Positions 18,841 through 26,827 of a stretch of DNA of 32,000 bases are shown here, in pieces. The notes under the pieces are model-generated. The model worked only from the letters and a program-made list of their open reading frames with translations, had not been told where the DNA came from and made no database searches. Both the position numbers and the translations under genes were made by a program. Source of the DNA: an uncultured Erysipelotrichaceae bacterium (GTDB taxonomy: Bacteria; Bacillota_I; Bacilli_A; Erysipelotrichales; Erysipelotrichaceae); assembly GCA_942493105.1 (NCBI GenBank), contig OW818668.1, positions 1,890,001 through 1,922,000 on the forward strand, in the 5' to 3' direction. Every line of letters begins with the position of its first letter. Position 1 is the stretch's first letter.

Positions 18841-19236
18841 ATTATAAAGTTAAGAGATCCATGATTTTCTAAGCTTAATAAAAACAAAGTTGGAGTATAT
18901 TTGGATTGAGGAAGAGATTGTCACTCTTGGGGCAATATGACCCCGCAAACAAACCATTACACTATCAAGCCTTAATCGTTCATCTCTATCGTGAGGTTTT
19001 AGGGTAAGAAAGTAAGGACGTGGATTTTTTCGAGAATCCATCTCGCATCCCAAAATGTCCCACTTTCGATTCTCAAGCTATACTGGCATATGACTAATTG
19101 GGCAAGTCCCTGTATCAACAACGAAAATCAGTATTTGAGGATACGAGAGAAGAGCCAGAAAGGACTTAATTGGATGATCCAGCTGCTTTCAACGATAAAG
19201 AGAAAAATCGATTATCATCTCTCTAAGTCTTTTTTT

Positions 19237-19264
19237 AACTGTCCACTTTTAGGGTGTCAGCATA
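19237..19264. repeat. Solo terminal inverted repeat of the copy-B IS type
   Basis: The reverse complement, TATGCTGACACCCTAAAAGTGGACAGTT, compares with TGTACTGACCCCCTAAAAGTGGACAGTA at 12593-12620. They differ at 4 of 28 positions. I could read no transposase frame next to it. Confidence 0.6.
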
Positions 19265-19475
19265 AAACAGGGCTAGGATTGGACTAGATTCTTACTTTTA
19301 CCTGGTTTTATCAGGTCTACAAACCATTAATTATTCCGCAATAACTTTCAATTCTTTCACTATCTTAAACACCATATATAGTCAGAATTTTACCGAAATT
19401 CTGTCAACTGTCTACCACCATGGCATTTTCCAAAGGGACTCCTATTTTCTCGACACACTCCACCCGTTGTTGAAG

Positions 19476-19994
19476 TTATTTCGTTAAGTCTAGATCTTGA
19501 GCAGATCCCTCATAAAACAATTTCACTTCCTCTTTATGAAAATCTTTTGGAAAATAAATCGAAGAGTCTTTTGCCAAATTTAGAGCACCCGAAGTACTGA
19601 GTATTTCAGCTACAAATTCAGAACAGTAATATCGATTTAGGAAATGATGTTTTATACCCAAAACACTCAGAAATAAGCTTAAGTACGAATAATGCAAATC
19701 ATTCTTTTTGAGTTTGAATCTTCGAATTTCATTTTCAATTTTCAAATAAACATCGGATGATACGTTTATTTCATAGATTGTGCACAGAAGTGTCCTTTTA
19801 TATTCCTTGTTGAAATAAAATGGGTGTTCTTCACAAAATCCCCATTTTGAACGAAAACTGTAGAATTCACTCATATTTTCACATATGCCAATTGATGCGT
19901 GGTTATAAATATCGCCTTTAAAAGGACAATATAAACCACCAATTAATCCCTTGTGCTTCTGCAAAAGAATATATATCTTAATACTTCTTGTCAT
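19476..19994 (-). CDS. Permuted NlpC/P60 papain-like thiol enzyme (YiiX/LRAT-like), second copy
   Basis: 172 aa. DIYNHASIGI (His) precedes RYYCSEFVAEILS (Cys), and the protein ends KLFYEGS like the copy at 95..685 (KVYEGS). GAGAGG lies upstream of the ATG. Confidence 0.7.
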   Translation of the reverse strand: MTRSIKIYILLQKHKGLIGGLYCPFKGDIYNHASIGICENMSEFYSFRSKWGFCEEHPFYFNKEYKRTLLCTIYEINVSSDVYLKIENEIRRFKLKKNDLHYSYLSLFLSVLGIKHHFLNRYYCSEFVAEILSTSGALNLAKDSSIYFPKDFHKEEVKLFYEGSAQDLDLTK

Positions 19995-20259
19995 CGTTAA
20001 CCTCTCATAAGACTCTAGTTGTGGGATCGTCAGTAGTAAATTGTGCGGTTCATATCTAGGTCTTCTTTGCGTATTTGATTTGCTTTATACACTTAGTTTT
20101 GACTGATATTTATCCTGTTTAAACAGAAACTATGTAAATTAACAGTAATTCAATTGATTCAAAGAATTATACTACATTTTTTGAGCTAGTGTCATGAGTC
20201 TTGTGTAAACTGACTTTATTGTATTAGTGATATTGGGATTCTTGAAGTTGACTTAATTA

Positions 20260-21595
20260 GCAGAGAGTATAACTAAAGTTGTGGGAATTCGAAATTAATT
20301 AAAATAAAGGGACATATCTACTAGGATAAAGTTACGACACTAACCCAAGGAGAGTTGCCCATGTCCAATTCTACCTTAGATTTATTCAAATTACTATCCT
20401 CGCCAGAGGAATTACGGGAGTCAATTCGCCAGATGGTTCAAGCAGCGATGAATGATCTGATGAAAGTAGAGTTGGATTCTGTCTTGGGTTATCAGAAATA
20501 CAGCCGTAAAACTGAAGGCAGTGATAACTGCCGAAACGGAAGTTATCAGCGCACTTTCGATACTGAATATGGGTCTGTCGAACTGAACGTCCCCAGAGAT
20601 CGAAAGAATGAATTCAATACTGCTCTGTTTGATGCTTACCAACGACGCAGTCATTGGTTGGAAGACATGGTGATCGCACTCTATCAGACAGGATCTACGA
20701 CCTCTGAGATCTGTGAGCTGATTGAGAAGTTGTATGGCCACCACTACACTAAGTAGACCATCAGTAATATTACCGAAGCGACTCAGGAGCTGGTGGAGCG
20801 CTTCAATCAGAGAGCGCTCAAGACGCGTTATAGTATCCTGTATATCGATGCCATCTTTACGAAGATTCGCCGTTCTACGGTCTCTAGTGAGGCGGTATAC
20901 CTGGTTTTAGGTATTGATGAGGAAGGAAAACGAGAGATTTTGAGTTATTGTATAACGTCTCACGAATCCAGTGAGATCTGGAAGGATGTCTTTGAAGATC
21001 TCAGGAACCGAGGTGTGAAAGAAGTCTTACTGGGCGTCGTGGATGGATTGAAGGGATTAGATGAATCCTTCCTGAGTTATATCCCGAAGGCAGATATCCA
21101 GCGCTGCACGGTTCACTTTATGCGTAATATCTGTAAGCGCGTTAGAGTTCAGGATCGTCTTGAGGTGGCCACAAATCTGAAAGAAATCTTCGCCAGTCAT
21201 TCTGAAGCTCAAGCCTTAGAACGCTGTGAAGCGATGAAACGGAAGTGGAAGAAAGTCTATCCAAAGTTATTCGAAGATTACCTCAACCGGTCAAATATGT
21301 TTACTTACTTCAAGTATCCAAAGATGATTTGGGGATCAATCCGAACTACCAACAGGATTGAAAACACGAATAAGCAGCTGAAGCGTCAAATTAAGAAGAA
21401 GGAACAGTTTCCTAACGAAGGCTCCGCTGAATGCTTTCTGGTCAACTTATTTACGATCCAAAATGAGAAGCTGTCTGGTAGAATCATGAAGGGATTTGAA
21501 TTGGCTTACCCACGATTATCTGAAATGTTTGAAGAAAGAAGTGATTATTCTGGAAGTTCCCTATGAAAAAACACAACTTTTGTTATACTCTCCCC
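20260..21595 (+). mobile_element. IS256-family (Mutator-type) insertion sequence, about 1.34 kb
   Basis: The terminal IRs are GCAGAGAGTATAACTAAAGTTGTG (20260-20283) and the reverse complement of 21572-21595, GGGGAGAGTATAACAAAAGTTGTG. There is a single transposase frame. No clear target duplication was seen. Confidence 0.8.
20361..21566 (+). pseudogene. IS256-family transposase interrupted by one in-frame TAG
   Basis: ORFs 20355..20756 and 20793..21566 are in the same frame. Reading through TAG at 20754-20756 gives YGHHYTK*TISNITEATQELVERFNQR. The signature blocks ILYIDAIFTKIRR and QRCTVHFMRNI are present. The likely start is ATG at 20361, after AAGGAGAG. Confidence 0.85.
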
Positions 21596-21937
21596 AATTC
21601 CTGAAGAATATGTCACATTGTTTCTTACTTCATATGATCTACCACATTTGAGTGCAGTCCCTCCACCACCATCTTCAATTAACTGAGCACCAACAGGTAG
21701 TGCACTGATAATTAACAAAATAGTTGCAATACAAAAAATCGAAGCAATTCAATTATTCTTCCGCCAATTCATTTTTTCCCTTTCATTGTTGTTTCTAACA
21801 ACACCCATGCAATGATATTATATTAACAAATCGTGACATTATCAATTTTATCTAGAATTTTAACACCAAAAGCTCCCTATGAGCCACACTTCTCTATGGA
21901 TTATTCTCACAGATAGTCATCAGTCATTGATTTTGGT

Positions 21938-22212
21938 GACCATACATTTGACCATACAAAATGTACAAGCCAGGAAACAATGGGAAAGGAATTGCGAAAA
22001 TGTGCTTGAATTATCGGACCTTGAAGGCTAGGGAAAGGTTTCTTTCTAATCTCATGTACTCCGCCATTACAAACAAACCCACTCATTTTGAACTATACCC
22101 CATAGAACAGTCACAAGGTATTTCTTTTCGTGTCCATTATATGGGGTATAGTATATTTTGCGGGTTTTTTGATGGTTAGAGACCATTTACCTATACAATC
22201 ACCATACAAAAC
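21938..22212 (+). repeat. Degenerate duplicate of the tRNA-Ser 3' end, terminator and GACCATACAA repeats (att-like remnant)
   Basis: 22044-22066 (TTCTAATCTCATGTACTCCGCCA) matches the tRNA-Ser 3' end 28799-28821 at 21 of 23 positions. 22160-22177 (GCGGGTTTTTTGATGGTT) is identical to 28846-28863. GACCATACA-type decamers lie at 21938-21960 and 22181-22209, compared with 28876-28896. Confidence 0.75.
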
Positions 22213-22342
22213 TATTCTCACTTGAAAGTCAGCCCAAGATGGAGCGGATGATGAGATTTAATTTTTTCTTTTCTGGACTGCAGTGGATTTATAAGAGAGC
22301 CCTCTGAGGAGCATCATATGGGTACAACAGAGGAAAAACAGA

Positions 22343-22687
22343 ATGCCAAGCAATAATAGCAAGTATACTCAGGAGATGAGAGATCAGACCGTGAAGTATA
22401 TCTTGGAGAAGGGCATTTCCGCGACTCAGATGGCAGAAGAAACCGGCGTGGACAAAAACACGGTGTGCAGTTGGGTCAGAGAGTACAAGCGGAGAAACAA
22501 TCTTCCCAGTTATGCGGAAGCCAAAGGGTTCAAAAGAAGCGAACCCAAAACAAACATAGAGTTAGGTTATCGGGTTAAAGAGCTGGAAAGAGAGGTCAAG
22601 AAGAAAGAGAAGGAACTTGAAGACGAGAAAGAGAAGGTAGAAATCCTAAAAAAATCCCTGCACATCTTCATGCGACCTCCCGAATGA
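22343..22687 (+). CDS. IS3-family transposase OrfA
   Basis: 114 aa: YTQEMRDQTVKYILEKGISATQMAEETGVDKNTVCSWVREYKR followed by a Lys/Glu-rich coiled coil. Confidence 0.9.
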   Translation: MPSNNSKYTQEMRDQTVKYILEKGISATQMAEETGVDKNTVCSWVREYKRRNNLPSYAEAKGFKRSEPKTNIELGYRVKELEREVKKKEKELEDEKEKVEILKKSLHIFMRPPE

Positions 22688-22741
22688 AGTATGAAGCCAT
22701 ATCGGCGAACCGCTCAGAGTTTTCGGTGGTGAAGATGTGCA
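22648..22741 (+). promoter_or_regulatory. Programmed -1 ribosomal frameshift signal of IS copy C
   Basis: The slippery heptamer A AAA AAA (22648-22654) lies in the orfA frame (CTA AAA AAA TCC). Four nt downstream is the 8-bp stem TGCACATC (22659-22666) paired with GATGTGCA (22734-22741). A -1 reading gives KKIPAHLHATSRMKYEAIS, in frame with OrfB. Confidence 0.7.
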
Positions 22742-23559
22742 AAGCCTTAGGGATCAAACAGAGCGGATTCTACCAATGGCTGAAAGGTGACCGTCGCAGA
22801 CAAGCGAAAGCAAGGGCGAAACTGATCCTCATCCATACGATCGAAAAGGCCTTTGAAGATAGCAAAAGAACGTACGGGTACAGAAGACTGAGTCGGGTCC
22901 TTGAAAGTCAGGGGTATAAAATCAGTGAATACAAAATCGCTGGAATAATGCGGGAAACAGGGCTGTATCCGGTGATCGTCAAACGGTTCACCCCATATCC
23001 TAAGCAAGCTTCGGACGGCCGATACAGCGAGAACGTCTTACAACAGAAATTCAACGTGAGTGAACCTGGCAGCGTATGGGCCGGCGATATCACCTACATC
23101 AAATCCACGCTGGGATGGGTCTTTCTTTCGGTAGTCATCGATCTTTTCAATCGTGAAGTGGTGGGATACTCGGTCAGCAAGAACGCATCAACGGATCCGG
23201 TCAAAAGAGCGTTGGGAAATGCGTTGGCGACGCGCAGAAAGAAAGAGAATCTCGTCTTTCACAGTGATCGTGGCTGTCAGTACAGCAGTATCGGATTCAA
23301 TCAGTTCTTACAACAACACAAGATCCAAGGAAGCATGAGCAAAGCAGGATGTCCTTACGACAACTCCTGCGTCGAAAGTTTCTTCGCCACCACGAAAAGA
23401 GAATGTATCAATCGTAGAGCCTATGATACAATGGAAGAAATAGAAAGCGATCTCTTTGAATACATCCAGATCTTCTATAACCGGAAACGTATTCATTCAT
23501 CATTGGGTTATCTGAGTCCAGTAGAGTATCGCCGCAGGAAAGAGGGTGGGGCCCTATAA
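22684..23559 (+). CDS. IS3-family transposase OrfB (DDE/rve)
   Basis: 291 aa with WAGDITYIKS, VFHSDRGCQYSS and SMSKAGCPYDNSCVESFF. The ATG overlaps the orfA TGA (ATGA). The frame is also reachable by a -1 shift at 22648-22654. Confidence 0.9.
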   Translation: MKYEAISANRSEFSVVKMCKALGIKQSGFYQWLKGDRRRQAKARAKLILIHTIEKAFEDSKRTYGYRRLSRVLESQGYKISEYKIAGIMRETGLYPVIVKRFTPYPKQASDGRYSENVLQQKFNVSEPGSVWAGDITYIKSTLGWVFLSVVIDLFNREVVGYSVSKNASTDPVKRALGNALATRRKKENLVFHSDRGCQYSSIGFNQFLQQHKIQGSMSKAGCPYDNSCVESFFATTKRECINRRAYDTMEEIESDLFEYIQIFYNRKRIHSSLGYLSPVEYRRRKEGGAL

Positions 23560-23698
23560 TTTCAGGTATTGAATCAGCTGTGTTTGTATGAGAGGGCTCT
23601 CAAAAACCTCTCCATAAAAGTCGAGTCATTCCACAAGTATTAACTGTTTGTATTCAGATGATATTCATAGTGATCCATTTTCATTAAGTTCGTCACTT

Positions 23699-24148
23699 CT
23701 AAGCGTCTTCACTTCCAAAGAATTCCAATTCAAAACCCGGATCATCATCATCTTCGAATTCCCAAGGAGTTTTTAATCTTTGTCCGAGCAAATGCGCTTG
23801 ATATGTTTCCTCCGATCTAGCTCTGGCATGTCTTAATTTATCCTTATCGTCACCATGAACCGCTATGACATACTCCTTGATCATCTTGACTTCTTTAAAT
23901 ATTTTCACCATAAGCTTACCAGCCTCGTATTCATTGTAAAGTGAGTCCATTATCCCCTTAAGATATGCCTTTTGTTTTTCCCCTGGGATGATGTCTCTTC
24001 GTCTGTCCATCTCCATGATTAATAAATTATTAATCATCTCCGACTTACTTTCAAAACCATTTTGTTCACAGTATTCATTGATTTGATTAAATTGTTGCTC
24101 AGTTACCAAAATCTCAAATGAAACACTATTATCATTCTTTTTACGCAT
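23699..24148 (-). CDS. Small island protein with an RHH-like N-terminus and an acidic tail
   Basis: The ORF track starts at 24178. I prefer the ATG at 24148 (MRKKNDNSVSFEILVTEQQFNQINEYCEQNGFESKSEMINNLLI), which follows GGAGG and overlaps the upstream stop by 8 nt. The strand-helix-helix pattern resembles ribbon-helix-helix proteins. The C-terminus is WEFEDDDDPGFELEFFGSEDA. Confidence 0.6.
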   Translation of the reverse strand: MRKKNDNSVSFEILVTEQQFNQINEYCEQNGFESKSEMINNLLIMEMDRRRDIIPGEKQKAYLKGIMDSLYNEYEAGKLMVKIFKEVKMIKEYVIAVHGDDKDKLRHARARSEETYQAHLLGQRLKTPWEFEDDDDPGFELEFFGSEDA

Positions 24149-24455
24149 CATCTTCCTCCATGAGTTTAATAAACTCAATATCCGCCATGATCACTCGTTC
24201 AACTTTTTGGAGCTCGTGCAAATGATCATCAAGATGATTTCTAATCACTTCAATTACCGCAACCCGATTATTATGAATAGAATAATTAATTGGCCCTTGA
24301 ATCATATTTTCTTCGATTACTTTCCAAATGAACACAGAAGCTGATTTATCGGCAATCGTTCCACGTTCAAGACCACTATTAATCTTTTTAAGAAATCTTG
24401 TCTTGATATAAAACCTTAAACGTTTTGTCTTTTTTTCATCAATCATATTGTTCAT
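24141..24455 (-). CDS. Small island protein, RHH-like, with an acidic C-terminus
   Basis: 104 aa. KRLRFYIKTRFLKKINSGLERGTIADKSASVFIWKVIEE fits a strand-helix-helix pattern. It ends MEEDDA. AAAGGA lies upstream of the ATG. Confidence 0.55.
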   Translation of the reverse strand: MNNMIDEKKTKRLRFYIKTRFLKKINSGLERGTIADKSASVFIWKVIEENMIQGPINYSIHNNRVAVIEVIRNHLDDHLHELQKVERVIMADIEFIKLMEEDDA

Positions 24456-24670
24456 ATAATCCTTTCATTTGAAAATCGTGTTTTACTTTTATGTTATAGG
24501 ACAAAAAGTAGTTTGACCCAACTTGTAAACACACATAGTAAAGATGATAATCCTAAAGGCTAAACATCCTTTGATTACTATAAATAATGTGTTCTCAATT
24601 TTATCTTGACAAAGTCAACTCGTGCTCATTTACAATTCGTCAAGTTCGAAAGAAGGGGTAGATTCACCCC

Positions 24671-25129
24671 TTACCTCTCAGATTCTTGTTGATTAATTCT
24701 TTGATTAGTAAAATCAATCATCTTTTCTACCATCTTCGAGAGTTTATTATCATAAATCTCTCTATTAGCATACAAAATATCAAGAGCATTCTTAACCATG
24801 ACTTGATAATCCGAGTCAAGAGCCCCCATCTCACTTAGCCTAAATGAGCCATCATAGAACTCATTGGCTGTTCTGCTAATATCACTTACGTCTTTGTCCG
24901 ACGACTTGCATCTCGCTTTGTTTGACTCATAGAGAGATTCTATTGTGATCTGATCGAAATCAATGTCCTCAACTACTAACCCAGATAAAAACAGAAATGC
25001 AGGTACGGTTTGGAAATCATCATCAAATCTTTGCTCGTTATCTCTCTTATCTAGCAGGTTGAACAGACTTACTGTGTATGAAATATGATCATCATCCAGA
25101 AATAGATAATCTCTATCAAAGTTGGTCAT
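24671..25129 (-). CDS. Strongly acidic hypothetical protein (152 aa)
   Basis: The ORF track starts at 25186. I prefer ATG at 25129 (MTNFDRDYLFLDDDH), after AAAGGAAC. My hand count gives about 32 Asp+Glu against 17 Lys+Arg. I recognise no motif. The hairpin AAGGGG-tgaatcta-CCCCTT follows the stop. Confidence 0.6.
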   Translation of the reverse strand: MTNFDRDYLFLDDDHISYTVSLFNLLDKRDNEQRFDDDFQTVPAFLFLSGLVVEDIDFDQITIESLYESNKARCKSSDKDVSDISRTANEFYDGSFRLSEMGALDSDYQVMVKNALDILYANREIYDNKLSKMVEKMIDFTNQRINQQESER

Positions 25130-25388
25130 TTTGTTCGTTCCTTTCTTTTCTATAACAATCCTCAACATCGATACCAAAATATTCAATTACCGCGGATGTA
25201 AGAACAATACTCTCAATAAAAGTCCAATTATTCTTACCAGCGGTTGATGCTCTTACTGCACGTTTAATCTTGATTGCATTTGTCATACAAACATCAAAGA
25301 AAATCGCGAAAGATGTATTATCAAAATGAACCTTTCTAAGACAATCACATTTAGCTTTCCACGACGACTTCGCTACTCTTGCTGGCAT
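25116..25388 (-). CDS. Hypothetical small protein (90 aa)
   Basis: A strong AAGGAGG lies 7 nt upstream of ATG at 25388. The ORF overlaps both neighbours. No motif recognised. Confidence 0.55.
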   Translation of the reverse strand: MPARVAKSSWKAKCDCLRKVHFDNTSFAIFFDVCMTNAIKIKRAVRASTAGKNNWTFIESIVLTSAVIEYFGIDVEDCYRKERNEQNDQL

Positions 25389-25641
25389 TTAACTTCCTCC
25401 TTGCTTTGTATACCGGACAGCTATGACAATGATCGTTACTTAACTTGATATCCTCGTAGAGTTCTACCATCAAAGCAACAATATCTGCTTCAGGAAAAGT
25501 TCCATTCTCTATGTCAGCAAGTTTGTTTTTGCTTATTCCTAAGAGCTCTGCACAAAATTCACGACTCGTATATCTACCCTTCCCAGATTTTTTCACCGAC
25601 CTCATTCTAGCCAAATAATATTTCGAGTGTTTCTTGTTCAT
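25351..25641 (-). CDS. XRE-family HTH regulator with a C-terminal Cys motif
   Basis: 96 aa. SREFCAELLGISKNKLADIENG is an XRE-type HTH. The following PEADIVALMVELYEDIKLSNDHCHSCPV resembles the HTH plus Cys-x2-Cys-Pro regulators of Firmicute phages and integrative elements. Confidence 0.7.
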   Translation of the reverse strand: MNKKHSKYYLARMRSVKKSGKGRYTSREFCAELLGISKNKLADIENGTFPEADIVALMVELYEDIKLSNDHCHSCPVYKARRKLNASKSSEVVVES

Positions 25642-25705
25642 ACCCTAAGTATAAAGCCCCATGAATGTAAGAAAAATGTAAATGTATTCTGTCCAATAAA
25701 ACGGA

Positions 25706-26827
25706 CTATCTATGTAACTTATTGAGTGTATCAAGGGTCCCCCTTTCGACCGAAGGAATCAAATGTGTGTAGACTTTCAGGGTCATATTGATGTTAGAAT
25801 GACCAAGTCTTTTAGATACGGCAGCGATATTTACATCGTTACAAATCAAGACACTAGCATGAGAATGGCGGAATTGATGAATAGTTATTCGCTTTACTTT
25901 TCCCAAGATACAATGCAGATTCTTTCGATTTGTAATCGTGGTATCTGCATATGGAATCCGGTCATCCACGGATCTGATGAAAATAAATTCATCGAGAGAG
26001 AAATTCGGTTCTCTTTCTCTCATTCTCAAAACATTCGTCAGCATCGCTAGTGTAGAATCATCCAAAGAGATCACTCTTCTGGATGACACAGTTTTTGTAT
26101 CTCGAAGTTGAGTTCCCATGCCTGTGATTTTCTGGCTGACTGACTTAGTGACATTGAGAGTCCTATTCTCGAAACTTATGTCTGAGAACTTGAGTGCTTT
26201 GATCTCTCCCCTTCTTTGACCGGTCCAGTACAATAGGGTAAAAAAAGTTGCCCAAAGATACTGATTCTTATCTTTAAGATCGAAGGTTGAAATAAACTTC
26301 TCAAACTCATCCACTTCCCAAACCTTCACATTCTCATGAACAGACTTATCCGATTTGAACGCCTCAACGATGGAGCAAGGGTCATTAATGACACTGAAGT
26401 ATATCTTTCCATGCTTATAGATGCCTTTGAATAATTGGAGAATCTCGTTCTTGTATTTTGTTGATTTAGGCAACAATGTAATATAATCCACCCAGTTTCT
26501 CACTTCAATTCGGGATATGGTTTCCACAAGTCTTTTTCTGAACTTAGGATAAAGATACATATTCACTTCTCGAACATCATTCTTGTAAGTGTTGATTTCA
26601 ACTTTCCCTTTCTTGTGTGAAAGAAAGTCTTCTGCCAACGCTTCGAAGGTCATATCTACTGCTCTGGATAAACGTAAGCTTGATAAGAAATCTCTCTCAG
26701 CTTCTTTGGCTTCTCTGAGGGTTTTGAATCCAGACTTGTATTGACGTTTCTTCTTACCGGTGACCAGATCGGTATACTGAGTCCAGAAACAGTATGATTT
26801 TCCATTCTCTGCTTTTTTTGCTGACAT
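25706..26827 (-). CDS. Tyrosine recombinase / phage-type integrase with an N-terminal arm-binding domain
   Basis: 373 aa. The N-terminus YCFWTQYTDLVTGKKKRQYKSGFKTLREAKEAE is an AP2-like arm-binding fold pattern. The catalytic residues sit in WTGQRRGEI (R), HQFRHSHAS (HxxR) and LGHSNINMTLKVYTHL (H..Y). AAAGGAGAG lies upstream of the ATG. Confidence 0.9.
   Translation of the reverse strand: MSAKKAENGKSYCFWTQYTDLVTGKKKRQYKSGFKTLREAKEAERDFLSSLRLSRAVDMTFEALAEDFLSHKKGKVEINTYKNDVREVNMYLYPKFRKRLVETISRIEVRNWVDYITLLPKSTKYKNEILQLFKGIYKHGKIYFSVINDPCSIVEAFKSDKSVHENVKVWEVDEFEKFISTFDLKDKNQYLWATFFTLLYWTGQRRGEIKALKFSDISFENRTLNVTKSVSQKITGMGTQLRDTKTVSSRRVISLDDSTLAMLTNVLRMREREPNFSLDEFIFIRSVDDRIPYADTTITNRKNLHCILGKVKRITIHQFRHSHASVLICNDVNIAAVSKRLGHSNINMTLKVYTHLIPSVERGTLDTLNKLHR

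Larger units (their letters stand above)
22274..23633 (+). mobile_element. Apparently intact IS3-family insertion sequence (copy C, about 1.36 kb)
   Basis: The imperfect terminal IRs are TGGACTGCAGTGGATTTATAAGAGAG (22274-) and the reverse complement of the right end, TGGAATGACTCGACTTTTATGGAGAG (-23633). orfA and orfB are uninterrupted and a canonical -1 frameshift signal is present. Confidence 0.8.

Noticed and set aside
11927-21751. Possibility that TGA encodes Trp (genetic code 4), because two or three genes here have lone in-frame TGA codons that read plausibly as W
   Set aside because: Long genes in the window (the 796-aa ABC protein, the helicase of more than 780 aa, the radical SAM enzyme, both DegV genes and the GPH transporter) are uninterrupted under the standard code, and all their Trp residues are TGG. 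The TGA-containing frames all belong to IS or otherwise disrupted genes. Ordinary nonsense mutations are the simpler explanation.
21961-22179. 72-aa ORF on the plus strand
   Set aside because: It is made of the pseudo-tRNA-Ser, the split terminator and the hairpin insert. It has no SD and no protein-like features.
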